In this document: piece by piece, positions 1 through 10,840 of the stretch
Layout of the letters: every line of letters starts with the position of its first letter
How positions within the stretch are numbered: position 1 is the first letter of the stretch
Assembly (NCBI GenBank): GCA_002269645.1
Contig: NIVC01004407.1
Span: 23,677-87,676, forward strand
Length of the DNA stretch: 64,000 nucleotides
Origin: Macrostomum lignano
Lineage: Eukaryota
Reading direction: 5' to 3'
Position numbers and translations under genes: made by a program
The notes under the pieces: model-generated
What the model was told of the DNA's origin: nothing
The model's database searches: none
What the model saw: only the letters and a program-made list of their open reading frames with translations

Positions 1-102
1 GGGCAGCGGCTCCGCTTTCGACTCCTCTGGCGCCGACGTTAAGGGGCCCGATTCCACTCACGACTGCCTGCACTTGGGCTGGTTGGCCTCGGGCTTGTCG
101 TG

Positions 103-312
103 CGATCAACCCTTCCTGTCCTTGCTCAGGCATCAACTCACCCCTTCCTGTCCTTGCTCAGGCATCAACTCACCCCTTCCTGTCCTTGCTCAGGCATCAA
201 CTCACCCCTTCTTGTCCTTGCTCAGGCATCAACTCACCCCTTCCTGTCCTTGCTCAGGCATCAACTCACCCCTTCCTGTCCTTGCTCAGCACATCAACTC
301 ACCCCTTCCTGG
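103..312. repeat. 32-bp minisatellite (~6.5 copies) that contains the exon/intron junction of the TMEM179-like gene
   Basis: Unit ccttcctgtccttgctcaggcatcaactcacc. On the minus strand it reads ...GGACAGGAAGGG|GTGAGT..., a copy of the real exon end AAGGCCAGGAAGGG|GTGAGT at 303/302. Confidence 0.92.
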
Positions 313-655
313 CCTTGTTAGGCGAGCTTAGCAAGGCGAACAGGGCACCCCAGAGCAGGCTGTAGCTGGCGGTGGTGATGTTCAGGTACATCGAGTAGTA
401 GCAGGTCTTCTTCTCCCCGCCTTTCAAGTCGCCGTCCAGCCGCAGCACGTAGGAGCCGTTCTCCGAGGGCGCCAGCTCCACCTTGGCCGGCCGCGCGTAC
501 AGCGGGCAGGTGTCGCGAAGGTCGTCGAATGTCACCTTCAAAGTTACGCACGAAATCAAAGAGAATATGCCGCTGCCGACATATAGAGTCACCTGGATCC
601 AGCGCAGGTAGCGCTGCAGTGGCGCCGTGGGGGCGCGGCTAGCGGCGCTACTCAT
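303..655 (-). CDS. TMEM179: First coding exon of a TMEM179-like multi-pass membrane protein (rest of gene not identified in the window)
   Basis: ATG at 655, then an N-terminal TM helix (WIQVTLYVGSGIFSLISCVTL), a CPLYA...C loop and a second TM helix (YLNITTASYSLLWGALFALL), ending at a GTGAGT donor at 302. The layout matches my recollection of the TMEM179 family and was not verified by a search. Confidence 0.55.
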
Positions 656-680
656 CCAAAAACAGTTGTGATGTGTAAGA

Positions 681-1571
681 GACTGTCACTGGCTGTGGCT
701 GTGTCTCAGACAGCGGGCTGTCACTGGCTGTGTCTCAGACAGCAGGCTGTCGCTGGCTGTGTCTCAGATAGCGGTCTGTCACTGGCTGTGTCTCAGACAG
801 TAGGATGTCCCTGGCTGTGTCTCAGACAGTAAGATGTCCCTGGCTGTGTCTCAGACAGTAGGATGTCCCTGGCTGTGTCTCAGACAGTAGGATGTCCCTG
901 GCTGTGTCTCAGACAGTAGGATGTCCCTGGCTGTGTCTCAGACAGTAGGATGTCCCTGGCTGTGTCTCAGACAGTAGGATGTCCCTGGCTGTGTCTCAGA
1001 CAGTAGGATGTCCCTGGCTGTGTCTCAGACAGTAGGATGTCCCTGGCTGTGTCTCAGACAGTAGGATGTCCCTGGCTGTGTCTCAGACTGTAGGATGTCC
1101 CTGGCTGTGTCTCAGTAGGATGTCCCTGGCTGTGTCTCAGTAGGATGTCCCTGGCTGTGTCTCAGACAGTAGGATGTCACTGGCTGTGTCTCAGACAGTA
1201 GGATGTCACTGGCTGTGTCTCAGACAGTAGGATGTCAGCGGCTGTGTCTCAGACAGTAGGATGTCCCTGGCTGTGTCTCAGACAGCAGGATGTCAGCGGC
1301 TGTGTTTCAGACAGTAGGATGTCGCTGGCTGTGTCTCAGACAGTAGGATGTCAGCGGCTGTGTCTCAGACAGTAGGATGTCAGCGGCTGTGTCTCAGACA
1401 GTAGGATGTCAGCGGCTGTGTCTCAGACAGTAGGATGTCCCTGGCTGTGTCTCAGACAGTAGGATGTCTCTGACTGTGTCTCAGACAGTAGGATGTCTCT
1501 GGCTGTGTCTCAGACAGTAGGATGTCTCTGACTGTGTCTCAGACAGTAGGATGTCTCTGGCTGTGTCTCAG
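681..1571 (+). repeat. 29-bp minisatellite, ~30 copies (left arm of an inverted pair)
   Basis: Unit ggctgtgtctcagacagtaggatgtccct with variants. Confidence 0.95.
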
Positions 1572-2083
1572 CGGGCAGCTGTTCACCAAGTCTGCGCCGA
1601 AGCGAGCTGTTCTTTGCTGTGCCCGGCTGGGTCAGGCGGCAGCCCAGTTAGGAAAGCCTCGGCTGTGTCCTCCGCCTCTCGCTGTGGCTGTGGCTGCCTA
1701 TATTTGGCCTGGACATGCAGGCCTGCCCGGGCCGTGAGCAGCAGCCAATCAACGGGCTGCCCCCTGCAGTGCACAGGCCGTGACGACTGCCAATGACTGC
1801 AGGAGTATTCGGTCTGCTGCACTTTACCAGCTGGCTGGCATTAGCCGCAGCAGCGGTGGAAGTCGTGCAAAACACGAGCATGCGAGAGCGCGAAATTTTA
1901 ACTCCAGCATCCTGCGAAAGGAGAGGTCAGACTTCACCTTTTATAGCAACTCGGAAAGCTATGGGAAACCTCTGAGAACTTTCTGGATTTGAGTTGTTTG
2001 GTCAATAAACAAGTTGACATTTTCGGTAAAAGTTGCTGAACATCTTGACGCCCTTGAGTGCTGTTGACGACCCACAAATGCTT

Positions 2084-2414
2084 TGTCTGCGACACAGCCA
2101 GTGACTCAGTGCCTGCTGTCTGAGACACAGCCAGGGACATCCTACTGTCTGAGACACAGCCAGTGACATCCTACTGTCTGAGACACAGCCGCTGACATCC
2201 TACTGTATGAGACACAGCCTGTGACATCCTACTGTCTGAGACACAGCCAGTGACATCCTACTGTCTGAGACACAGCCAGTGACATCCTACAGTCTGAGAC
2301 ACAGCCAGTGACATCCTACAGTCTGAGACACAGCCAGTGACATCCTACTGTCTGAGACACAGCCAGTGACATCCTTCTGTCTGAGACACAGCCTGTGACA
2401 GACCGCTGTCTGAG
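2084..2414 (-). repeat. Same 29-bp minisatellite in reverse orientation, ~11 copies (right arm)
   Basis: Unit gacatcctactgtctgagacacagccagt is the reverse complement of the 681-1571 unit. Confidence 0.95.
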
Positions 2415-3618
2415 CAGTTGAAGAATCATTCGGCTTTTGAGAAAGCATCTATAGCTGAGTAACCATGGATACGGCTGATAAACAAGGCGTGTTTTAAACT
2501 CGGAGGAGGCCAGCGGGCCACCCGTGCAGCTCTGAGCTCAGGTCACGCCTACCTGCCACGGCCGCCCCGGCTCCAGTGATGAATCGCTGCATGTCCCGCA
2601 GGGAGCGGCTGGGAGCCGCGGCAGTTTAGCCTGTACCAGCATTGAACTGCTGCCAGTCTAATTTCACCCTGCACTAGTCAGGGCGGCTCAGCACCGCAGC
2701 TCGCGGTGCTCGGGAAGCTTTTTACAGAGCTCGCTAATTCCCGGTGCAAGCTCGCAGTAGATCTGCATGCCCCCAGAACGAATTGGAATATTGATAATTG
2801 CGGGCGTATAATGGCATTTCCAGTAGTAAAGACTCCCTGCCGGGCATCGGGTATAATTAACCAAATCTCCTTTTAAAATCGGTCAAAGAGTGGTAAAAAG
2901 CTCCATTCGAACTTGTGAAGCTTCCGGTCTAACCAATAAAACTCCCTAAAGTCTAAAAAATGCGTCCAGTCGAGCTCGGCAGCATCCGGCAGGAAAACAT
3001 TCGCCGCAGAGCTTGGCCAGCGGCACGAGACCGCGGCACGGCAGAGTCAGTGAAGCTGCAGGCGGCCCCACAAACTTCTCCCTCCGTGTCCAGCTTAATT
3101 AATGCAACCGGCGGCCCCCTCCCGTGCATAAATTAGCCCGGCTTCTACGCCTGACTTTGCTCTGCTGGGAGGGCAGCGAGTTCTCATCAGCGAGTCTCCA
3201 TGGCGATGCGGGCTGTCCGGCTTCCTGCGCTCAAAGTTGCCGGGCCCCGGACAAAGACCGGCCAGTTCCGGCCGCTAACCCAACGCAATTTCACTAATAG
3301 CGGCCGACTTCGCCTGATTGAATTCCCTGCGACTGCCGGCTGCAGGCGCGCTGCGCAGCTGGCGCCCGGCAGGACTTCTTTACGACGCCTGGGGAATCCG
3401 CCGCCTGATGATCCCCGCCGAGCGGGAAGAATCTCCCATTCTGGGGCGGCCGGAACCGCTTCGCTAACTTTTGGAACTCTTTATGGCTTCGCCGCGACTG
3501 GCTTTGAGGACGCAAAATTGTAGCGACTGGAAGTGTGGTGGGGCATGGGGCATTGGGAACCGCCTCCTGCAGAGCGGACCCGGATCCCATTGTCACATGA
3601 CCGGCCTGAGCTGCAGCG

Positions 3619-4412
<794 letters not shown>

Positions 4413-5099
4413 ACGGTTTCAGCCGTTCCGACTGTCAGGCGGGCCTGAATCTGGAAAGCACCGCCTCCCAGAAGCCGCTAAGGGCTGCCACTTTCTCCCC
4501 TGCCAGCCCACCAAGCGGTGCGCATGGCGGAGGCAGATGAACAGTGGGTCCGCGGCCCGCTGTCAACTGCTGTCGCCCAGATGGCATACGGATCTGTTGG
4601 GGAGGGGTGGCTGGTGGCAGAGGGCGGACGGCCTGGCCGCCTGGCAGTGAAAGTCAAGCCGGGCAGGGAAATTCAGCCCAGCCCAAGCTGTTTCCAGGGG
4701 GGAAGTCTGAGCAACTTTAGGGGGGTCGATAAGCTCGTAAAAGGTGTGAACTTTTGCATCCAAACAGAAACTTATTCAATTCTTTCTGTGAAACCTTGAT
4801 CTGGGACAGAAATTCCACAACTTCAGGTATCAATAAACCCATGAAAAAATCACAAAATTTCAATAGAAGCCTCAAGTTCTCCAGCTCTTCAAGTGGTTTC
4901 TTGAAAGTCCCCATGGAAACTACGCATAAGGGAATCTCCCACAGGAATCTAACACCGAAATCTTCTCCTGAACTTTACACCAGTAACCCGACAGGAAAGT
5001 TGCAAGGCAAGCTTTGCCAGGTATCTTTCCCGGAAATTACACCAGGATGCCACATCAGAAATCTACAGTAGTAATCTTCACTGGGAATTTAATCCAGAA

Positions 5100-6060
5100 A
5101 TCTACACCGGAAATTTACAACAGGAATCTACACCGAGAATCTACACTGGGAATCTACACCGGGAATCTACACCGGGAATCTACACTGGAAATCTACACCG
5201 GGAATCTACACTGGAAATCTACACCGGGAATCTACACCGGGAATCTACACTGGAAATCTACACTGGGAATCTACACTGGGAATCTACACCGGGAATCTAC
5301 ACTGGAAATCTACACCGGGAATCTACACCGGGAATCTACACCGGGAATCTACACCGGGAATCTACACCGGGAATCTACACCGGGAATCTACACCGGGAAT
5401 CTACACCGGTAATCTGCACCGGGAATCTACACTGGGAATCTACACTGGGAATCTACACCAGAAATCTACATCGGGAATCTACACCGGGAATCTACACCGG
5501 GAATCTACACCGGGAATCTACACCAGAAATCTACACCGGGAATCTACACTGGGAATCTACACTGGGAATCTACACCAGAAATCTACATCGGGAATCTACA
5601 CCGGGAATCTACACCGGGAATCTACACCGGGAATCTACACCAGAAATCTACACTGGGAATCTACACTGGGAATCTACACCGGGAATCTACACCGGGAATC
5701 TACACCAGGAATCTACACCAGGGATCTACACCGGGAATCTACACCGGGAATCTACACCGGGAATCTACACTGGGAATCTACACTGGGAATCTACACTGGG
5801 AATCTACACCAGAAATCTACATCGGGAATCTACACCGGGAATCTACACCGGGAATCTACACCGGAAATCTACACCGGGAATCTACACCGGGAATCTACAC
5901 CAGGGATCTACACCGGAAATCTACACCGGGAATCTACACCGGGAATCTACACCATGGATCTACACCGGGAATCTACACCGGGAATCTACACCATGGATCT
6001 ACACCGGGAATCTACACCAGGGATCTAATCTACACCAGGGATCTGCACCGGGAATGTTCA
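5100..6060. repeat. 13/14-bp minisatellite (gggaatctacacc / gggaatctacact) with degenerate flanks
   Basis: Direct reading; eroded copies extend to ~4920 and ~6100. Confidence 0.95.
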
Positions 6061-7254
6061 CTGGGAATGTACGCCGAGAATCTGCATGAAGTCTCCCTGA
6101 AAATTATCCAGAGATTCCCGCCGAGGTTTCCCTTGAGGGTCCCCTCCGAAATCTCCGCAGCTTCAAATCTCCCTGGAAGTGACTCGTGAGCAACCCGAAA
6201 TTTTCCGTCACCTTTTGGTCCACTTTGGCAGAAATTTCACCGTCAATCGCCTTCCAGCAACAGTCAAGAGTCGAACCTCGGTGGCAGAGACAAGGGGAGC
6301 ATTGCCTTTCTCCGTGAGCGCATTCCCGTCCGATGAGCAAACAAAACCTGCAAAAGCTGGCGATCTGCCGCAGCTCTGCTTTTCCCCACACGCGATTGGC
6401 TGCTCAATCATGCCAGCTCGATGAACTCAAAATGATGCAGATGCTTGCAGATCCTGGCGAGGCTTGTGAAAGTCTAACTAAATAAAAGCAATTCTCAATG
6501 CGACCCCGTGCCCCTCACTTTGCAACCATCGTTTGTGTTCTGTTTCAAAAATTTAGCATGCAAAAACACTTGAACACGTTTATTAGTTGGTATTTTTTAT
6601 AAGTACTTCAGTATAACATTAGGAGTCCATACTGCAAGGCTCTACTAATAGTAAGCGGGCTAAGCAGCTTTAAAATTCTTTGTAGACACACAAATTGATC
6701 TCGCCCTTGACTTAGCAGCCGTGACAAACCGAGTTTTTCTTGACCATAAAGACCACTTTTACCAGCTGCTGGTAGATGTAGATGTACTTACGTGAGTTTC
6801 TGGAATGCGAACTAAAAATCCTCAGACTCAAATGCGGCCATCTTTCAGATTCAACTATTTCAGAGCTGCGCTGGGGAAACAGAATATTGCTCTTTGCAGT
6901 TCAGCTTAGGGGCAGTTGACTTAATCCAGAGTAACGGACTTATTAAGGATGCAGTGACTGTTTAATTTTGATTAGGAGTTGTCAAAACTGAAGCGGACCT
7001 TTTGGGTACACAAACCAGTGTCAGTTTTGAAGCAACTGTCAAAATGGAATCGGACTTTGCTGTCCAACTAGTCAGGCTGTTTTAGTCTATGTGTGCAAAA
7101 GGATGGAGAAAAATATTTTTTTCAATACTTGTACATCCCAAAATCAAGGTCAAATTGAGCTGCTTTTAATTGGATTACTTTGTTACCGAGTTTTCCTAGG
7201 CGATGTTGACTAAACGTGCATTGTCTCACGCTGTACGCTCATTATTCAACGCTT

Positions 7255-8350
7255 GAACCTCCATGCCTCTGTGACTGTCTCTGTACGCACCTCCCATGCC
7301 TCTGTGACTGTCACTGTACGCACCTCCCATGCCTCTGTGACTGTCACTGTACGCATCTCCCATGCCTCTGTGACTGTCACTGTACGCACCTCCCATGCCT
7401 CTGTGACTGTCACTGTACGCACCTCCCATGCCTCTCTGTGACTGTCACTGTACGCATCTCCCATGCCTCTGTGACTGTCACTGTACGCACCTCCCATGCC
7501 TCTGTGACTGTCTCTGTACGCACCTCCCATGCCTCTGTGACTGTCTCTGTACGCATCTCCCATGCCTCTGTGACTGTCACTGTACGCATCTCCCATGCCT
7601 CTCTGTGACTGTCACTGTACGCACCTCCCATGCCTCTGTGACTGTCACTGTACGCATCTCCCATGCCTCTGTGACTGTCACTGTACGCACCTCCCATGCC
7701 TCTGTGACTGTCACTGTACGCATCTCCCATGCCTCTGTGACTGTCACTGTACGCACCTCCCATGCCTCTGTGACTGTCACTGTACGCATCTCCCATGCCT
7801 CTGTGACTGTCTCTGTACGCATCTCCCATGCCTCTGTGACTGTCACTGTACGCACCCTCATGCCTCTGTGACTGTCTCTGTACGCACCTCCCATGCCTCT
7901 GTGACTGTCACTGTACGCACCCCCATGCCTCTGTGACTGTCTCTGTACGCACCTCCCATGCCTCTGTGACTGTCACTGTACGCACCTCCCATGCCTCTGT
8001 GACTGTCTCTGTACGCACCCTCATGCCTCTGTGACTGTCTCTGTACGCACCCTCATGCCTCTGTGACTGTCACTGTACGCACCCTCATGCCTCTGTGACT
8101 GTCTCTGTACGCACCCTCATGCCTCTGTGACTGTCACTGTACGCACCCTCATGCCTCTGTGACTGTTTCTGTACGCACCCTCATGCCTCTGTGACTGTCA
8201 CTGTACGCACCCTCATGCCTCTGTGACTGTCTCTGTACGCACCTCCCATGCCTCTGTGACTGTCACTGTACGCATCTCCCATGCCTCTGTGACTGTCTCT
8301 GTACGCACATCCCATGCCTCTGTGACTGTCACTGTACGCACCCTCATGCC
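7255..8350. repeat. 33-bp minisatellite, ~33 copies
   Basis: Unit tgtacgcacctcccatgcctctgtgactgtcac. Confidence 0.96.
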
Positions 8351-9214
8351 TCTATCGCGCTCCATTTAATATTTGTTTGAGCAAAAAAATTGCCCTTTCT
8401 CGCCTTCCAGCTTATCACTTCCCAAGCCACTGAAGACGACAGTTAGCTCGTAAGAGCTTTTCGTCATCATAGTGTCTATAAAAGGGGGTGGCGGTGCAGG
8501 CCCAAGACATCCAGCTGTGCTTGCTAGTGGGCCATTCAGCCGCCGGCGAGGGCCAATTGGGCTTCTCGTGTCACAGACTTTCAATTTGATGGAGCATCTG
8601 TTGACAAATCCTAAATACGAGCGGTTTCGAAACCTCTAAAGCAGCAAGGCTTTAGTCATGGCAGAAGGATCTCCCTAAACGCCATGGTAGACTTCGAGTC
8701 TGAGAGTTTGCTTTTGCAATAAACGTGCTCTGACAAAATGCGACTCGAACACAGCAAATCAGAAGTTTTCTTTGAGAAAACTGAAAGAAACTTAAAGAAA
8801 GTTAGGAAAAATTGGGGCGGACGCAATCTTGTGCCGTTTGAGGCAACTTGTGTGTGGAAAAAATGAAGTAAACAATTAGTGACGGGTGCAAAACAATCCC
8901 AGCAGACAGGCGAAATAAAAGTGGCGAAGTCAACTCGGCGGCACAGCAATGAAAATTTCCGCTTCAAAAGAAAGCCGCTCCTGGCTGACAACGTCGATTC
9001 GCCGGGGAGTATGCAGAAGCCTGACGATCATTTCGACAGCTACCAAAAACACAGAGCCATAAAAGTCCTCGCCGCCCGCCCCCGCCCCTATGAAGGCTTC
9101 CGGACTCTCTTTTACATTTATTGAGTTCGATTCACACCTCCGAGCTTTCTGTAACTCGCGATTTTCAATACTTTCATTTAAAGATTCGATCAAACTCCTT
9201 CAACAAGCCGAGCC

Positions 9215-9385
9215 ATGCTGAGACTTCTGATGCTTCTCGTCGCTCTGGTTCTGGTAGGCGCCGCGCAACTGGCGGCTGGCGACTGCAGCTGCGACGCTGA
9301 GAGTGACGATGGCAGCTGTGTTGGAGAGCCTGAAAACGTGTGCAATCTCGGCTTCTGCGTTGGTCAGGGCGGCTGCATGCTATGA
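9215..9385 (+). CDS. 56-aa secreted six-cysteine acidic peptide precursor (MLRLLMLLVALVLVGAAQLAAG-DCSCDAESDDGSCVGEPENVCNLGFCVGQGGCML)
   Basis: Hand-translated and shorter than any ORF in the track. It has a gagccATG start context, a 22-aa hydrophobic signal peptide ending A-A-G, and a 34-aa mature part with 6 Cys. GC-rich codons stand out from the flanks, and AATAAA lies 59 nt after the stop. Confidence 0.8.
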   Translation: MLRLLMLLVALVLVGAAQLAAGDCSCDAESDDGSCVGEPENVCNLGFCVGQGGCML

Positions 9386-9443
9386 TCGAGCGGCAGCCTC
9401 GCTTTCAAATGAACTATAGAGTCAATAAGCTTCTTTGACTCTG

Positions 9444-9449
9444 AATAAA
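9444..9449 (+). terminator. Polyadenylation signal AATAAA of the peptide gene
   Basis: ctgAATAAAtg just downstream of the TGA at 9383-9385. Confidence 0.6.
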
Positions 9450-9532
9450 TGTGATATAGCATTGCAGCTTATTACCAGCTCTTTGGGCAATGCTAGCATC
9501 CAAAAAAGCTTTGTTGTGATGTCTTAATCATT

Positions 9533-10390
9533 TCAGTCAGTCAGTCAGTCAGTCAGTCAGTCAGTCAGTCAGTCAGTCAGTCAGTCAGTCAGTCAGTCAG
9601 TCAGTCAGTCAGTCAGTCAGTCAGTCAGTCAGTCAGTCAGTCAGTCAGTCAGTCAGTCAGTCAGTCAGTCAGTCAGTCAGTCAGTCAGTCAGTCAGTCAG
9701 TCAGTCAGTCAGTCAGTCAGTCAGTCAGTCAGTCAGTCAGTCAGTCAGTCAGTCAGTCAGTCAGTCAGTCAGTCAGTCAGTCAGTCAGTCAGTCAGTCAG
9801 TCAGTCAGTCAGTCAGTCAGTCAGTCAGTCAGTCAGTCAGTCAGTCAGTCAGTCAGTCAGTCAGTCAGTCAGTCAGTCAGTCAGTCAGTCAGTCAGTCAG
9901 TCAGTCAGTCAGTCAGTCAGTCAGTCAGTCAGTCAGTCAGTCAGTCAGTCAGTCAGTCAGTCAGTCAGTCAGTCAGTCAGTCAGTCAGTCAGTCAGTCAG
10001 TCAGTCAGTCAGTCAGTCAGTCAGTCAGTCAGTCAGTCAGTCAGTCAGTCAGTCAGTCAGTCAGTCAGTCAGTCAGTCAGTCAGTCAGTCAGTCAGTCAG
10101 TCAGTCAGTCAGTCAGTCAGTCAGTCAGTCAGTCAGTCAGTCAGTCAGTCAGTCAGTCAGTCAGTCAGTCAGTCAGTCAGTCAGTCAGTCAGTCAGTCAG
10201 TCAGTCAGTCAGTCAGTCAGTCAGTCAGTCAGTCAGTCAGTCAGTCAGTCAGTCAGTCAGTCAGTCAGTCAGTCAGTCAGTCAGTCAGTCAGTCAGTCAG
10301 TCAGTCAGTCAGTCAGTCAGTCAGTCAGTCAGTCAGTCAGTCAGTCAGTCAGTCAGTCAGTCAGTCAGTCAGTCAGTCAGTCAGTCAGTC
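9533..10390. repeat. (TCAG)n tetranucleotide microsatellite, ~214 units, apparently uninterrupted
   Basis: Direct reading. Confidence 0.98.
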
Positions 10391-10840
10391 TAGCATATGC
10401 CATAATCGAGTTAAAGTTAAACTTTAGCTGCGTTTTAGCAGAGGCCAAGGACCACTATGTACCGCTGTATATAGCTATAATGCTACAAGCCGGTGAAAAA
10501 TAACTGGTTAAAACAAAGCTGGATGCTATGTTTGCAAATTGTTTGGTTGAAAAAAAAAAGATAGGTCACTCAAAAAGAATTATGTAAATTTTCTAAGCGC
10601 ATTAAAAAAGAAAACATAAATGCAGAGATGTACGACTAAAGGAAAGTTACCGTTAAAATAATAAAGAAATTACCGAAATATCCGTTATAAATTGTTGAAA
10701 TAATCGTGGTGTTGTACCATTTGTTGTTAGTACTAGGCGTAGTTTAGTACAGTACGCGGATCTAGTGGTAAATGGCGTAAGTGACAGCTTTGATAAAATT
10801 ACTAAGTTGGTTTAGAGCTCCAGCCTTGCCACTGGACCCG

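Noticed and set aside
1-100. Second exon of the TMEM179-like gene
   Set aside because: Candidate acceptors in the required phase run into stops; not supportable.
8477-8484. TATAAAAG as promoter of the peptide gene
   Set aside because: It is ~730 nt upstream with no supported 5' UTR intron, so it cannot be linked from sequence alone.
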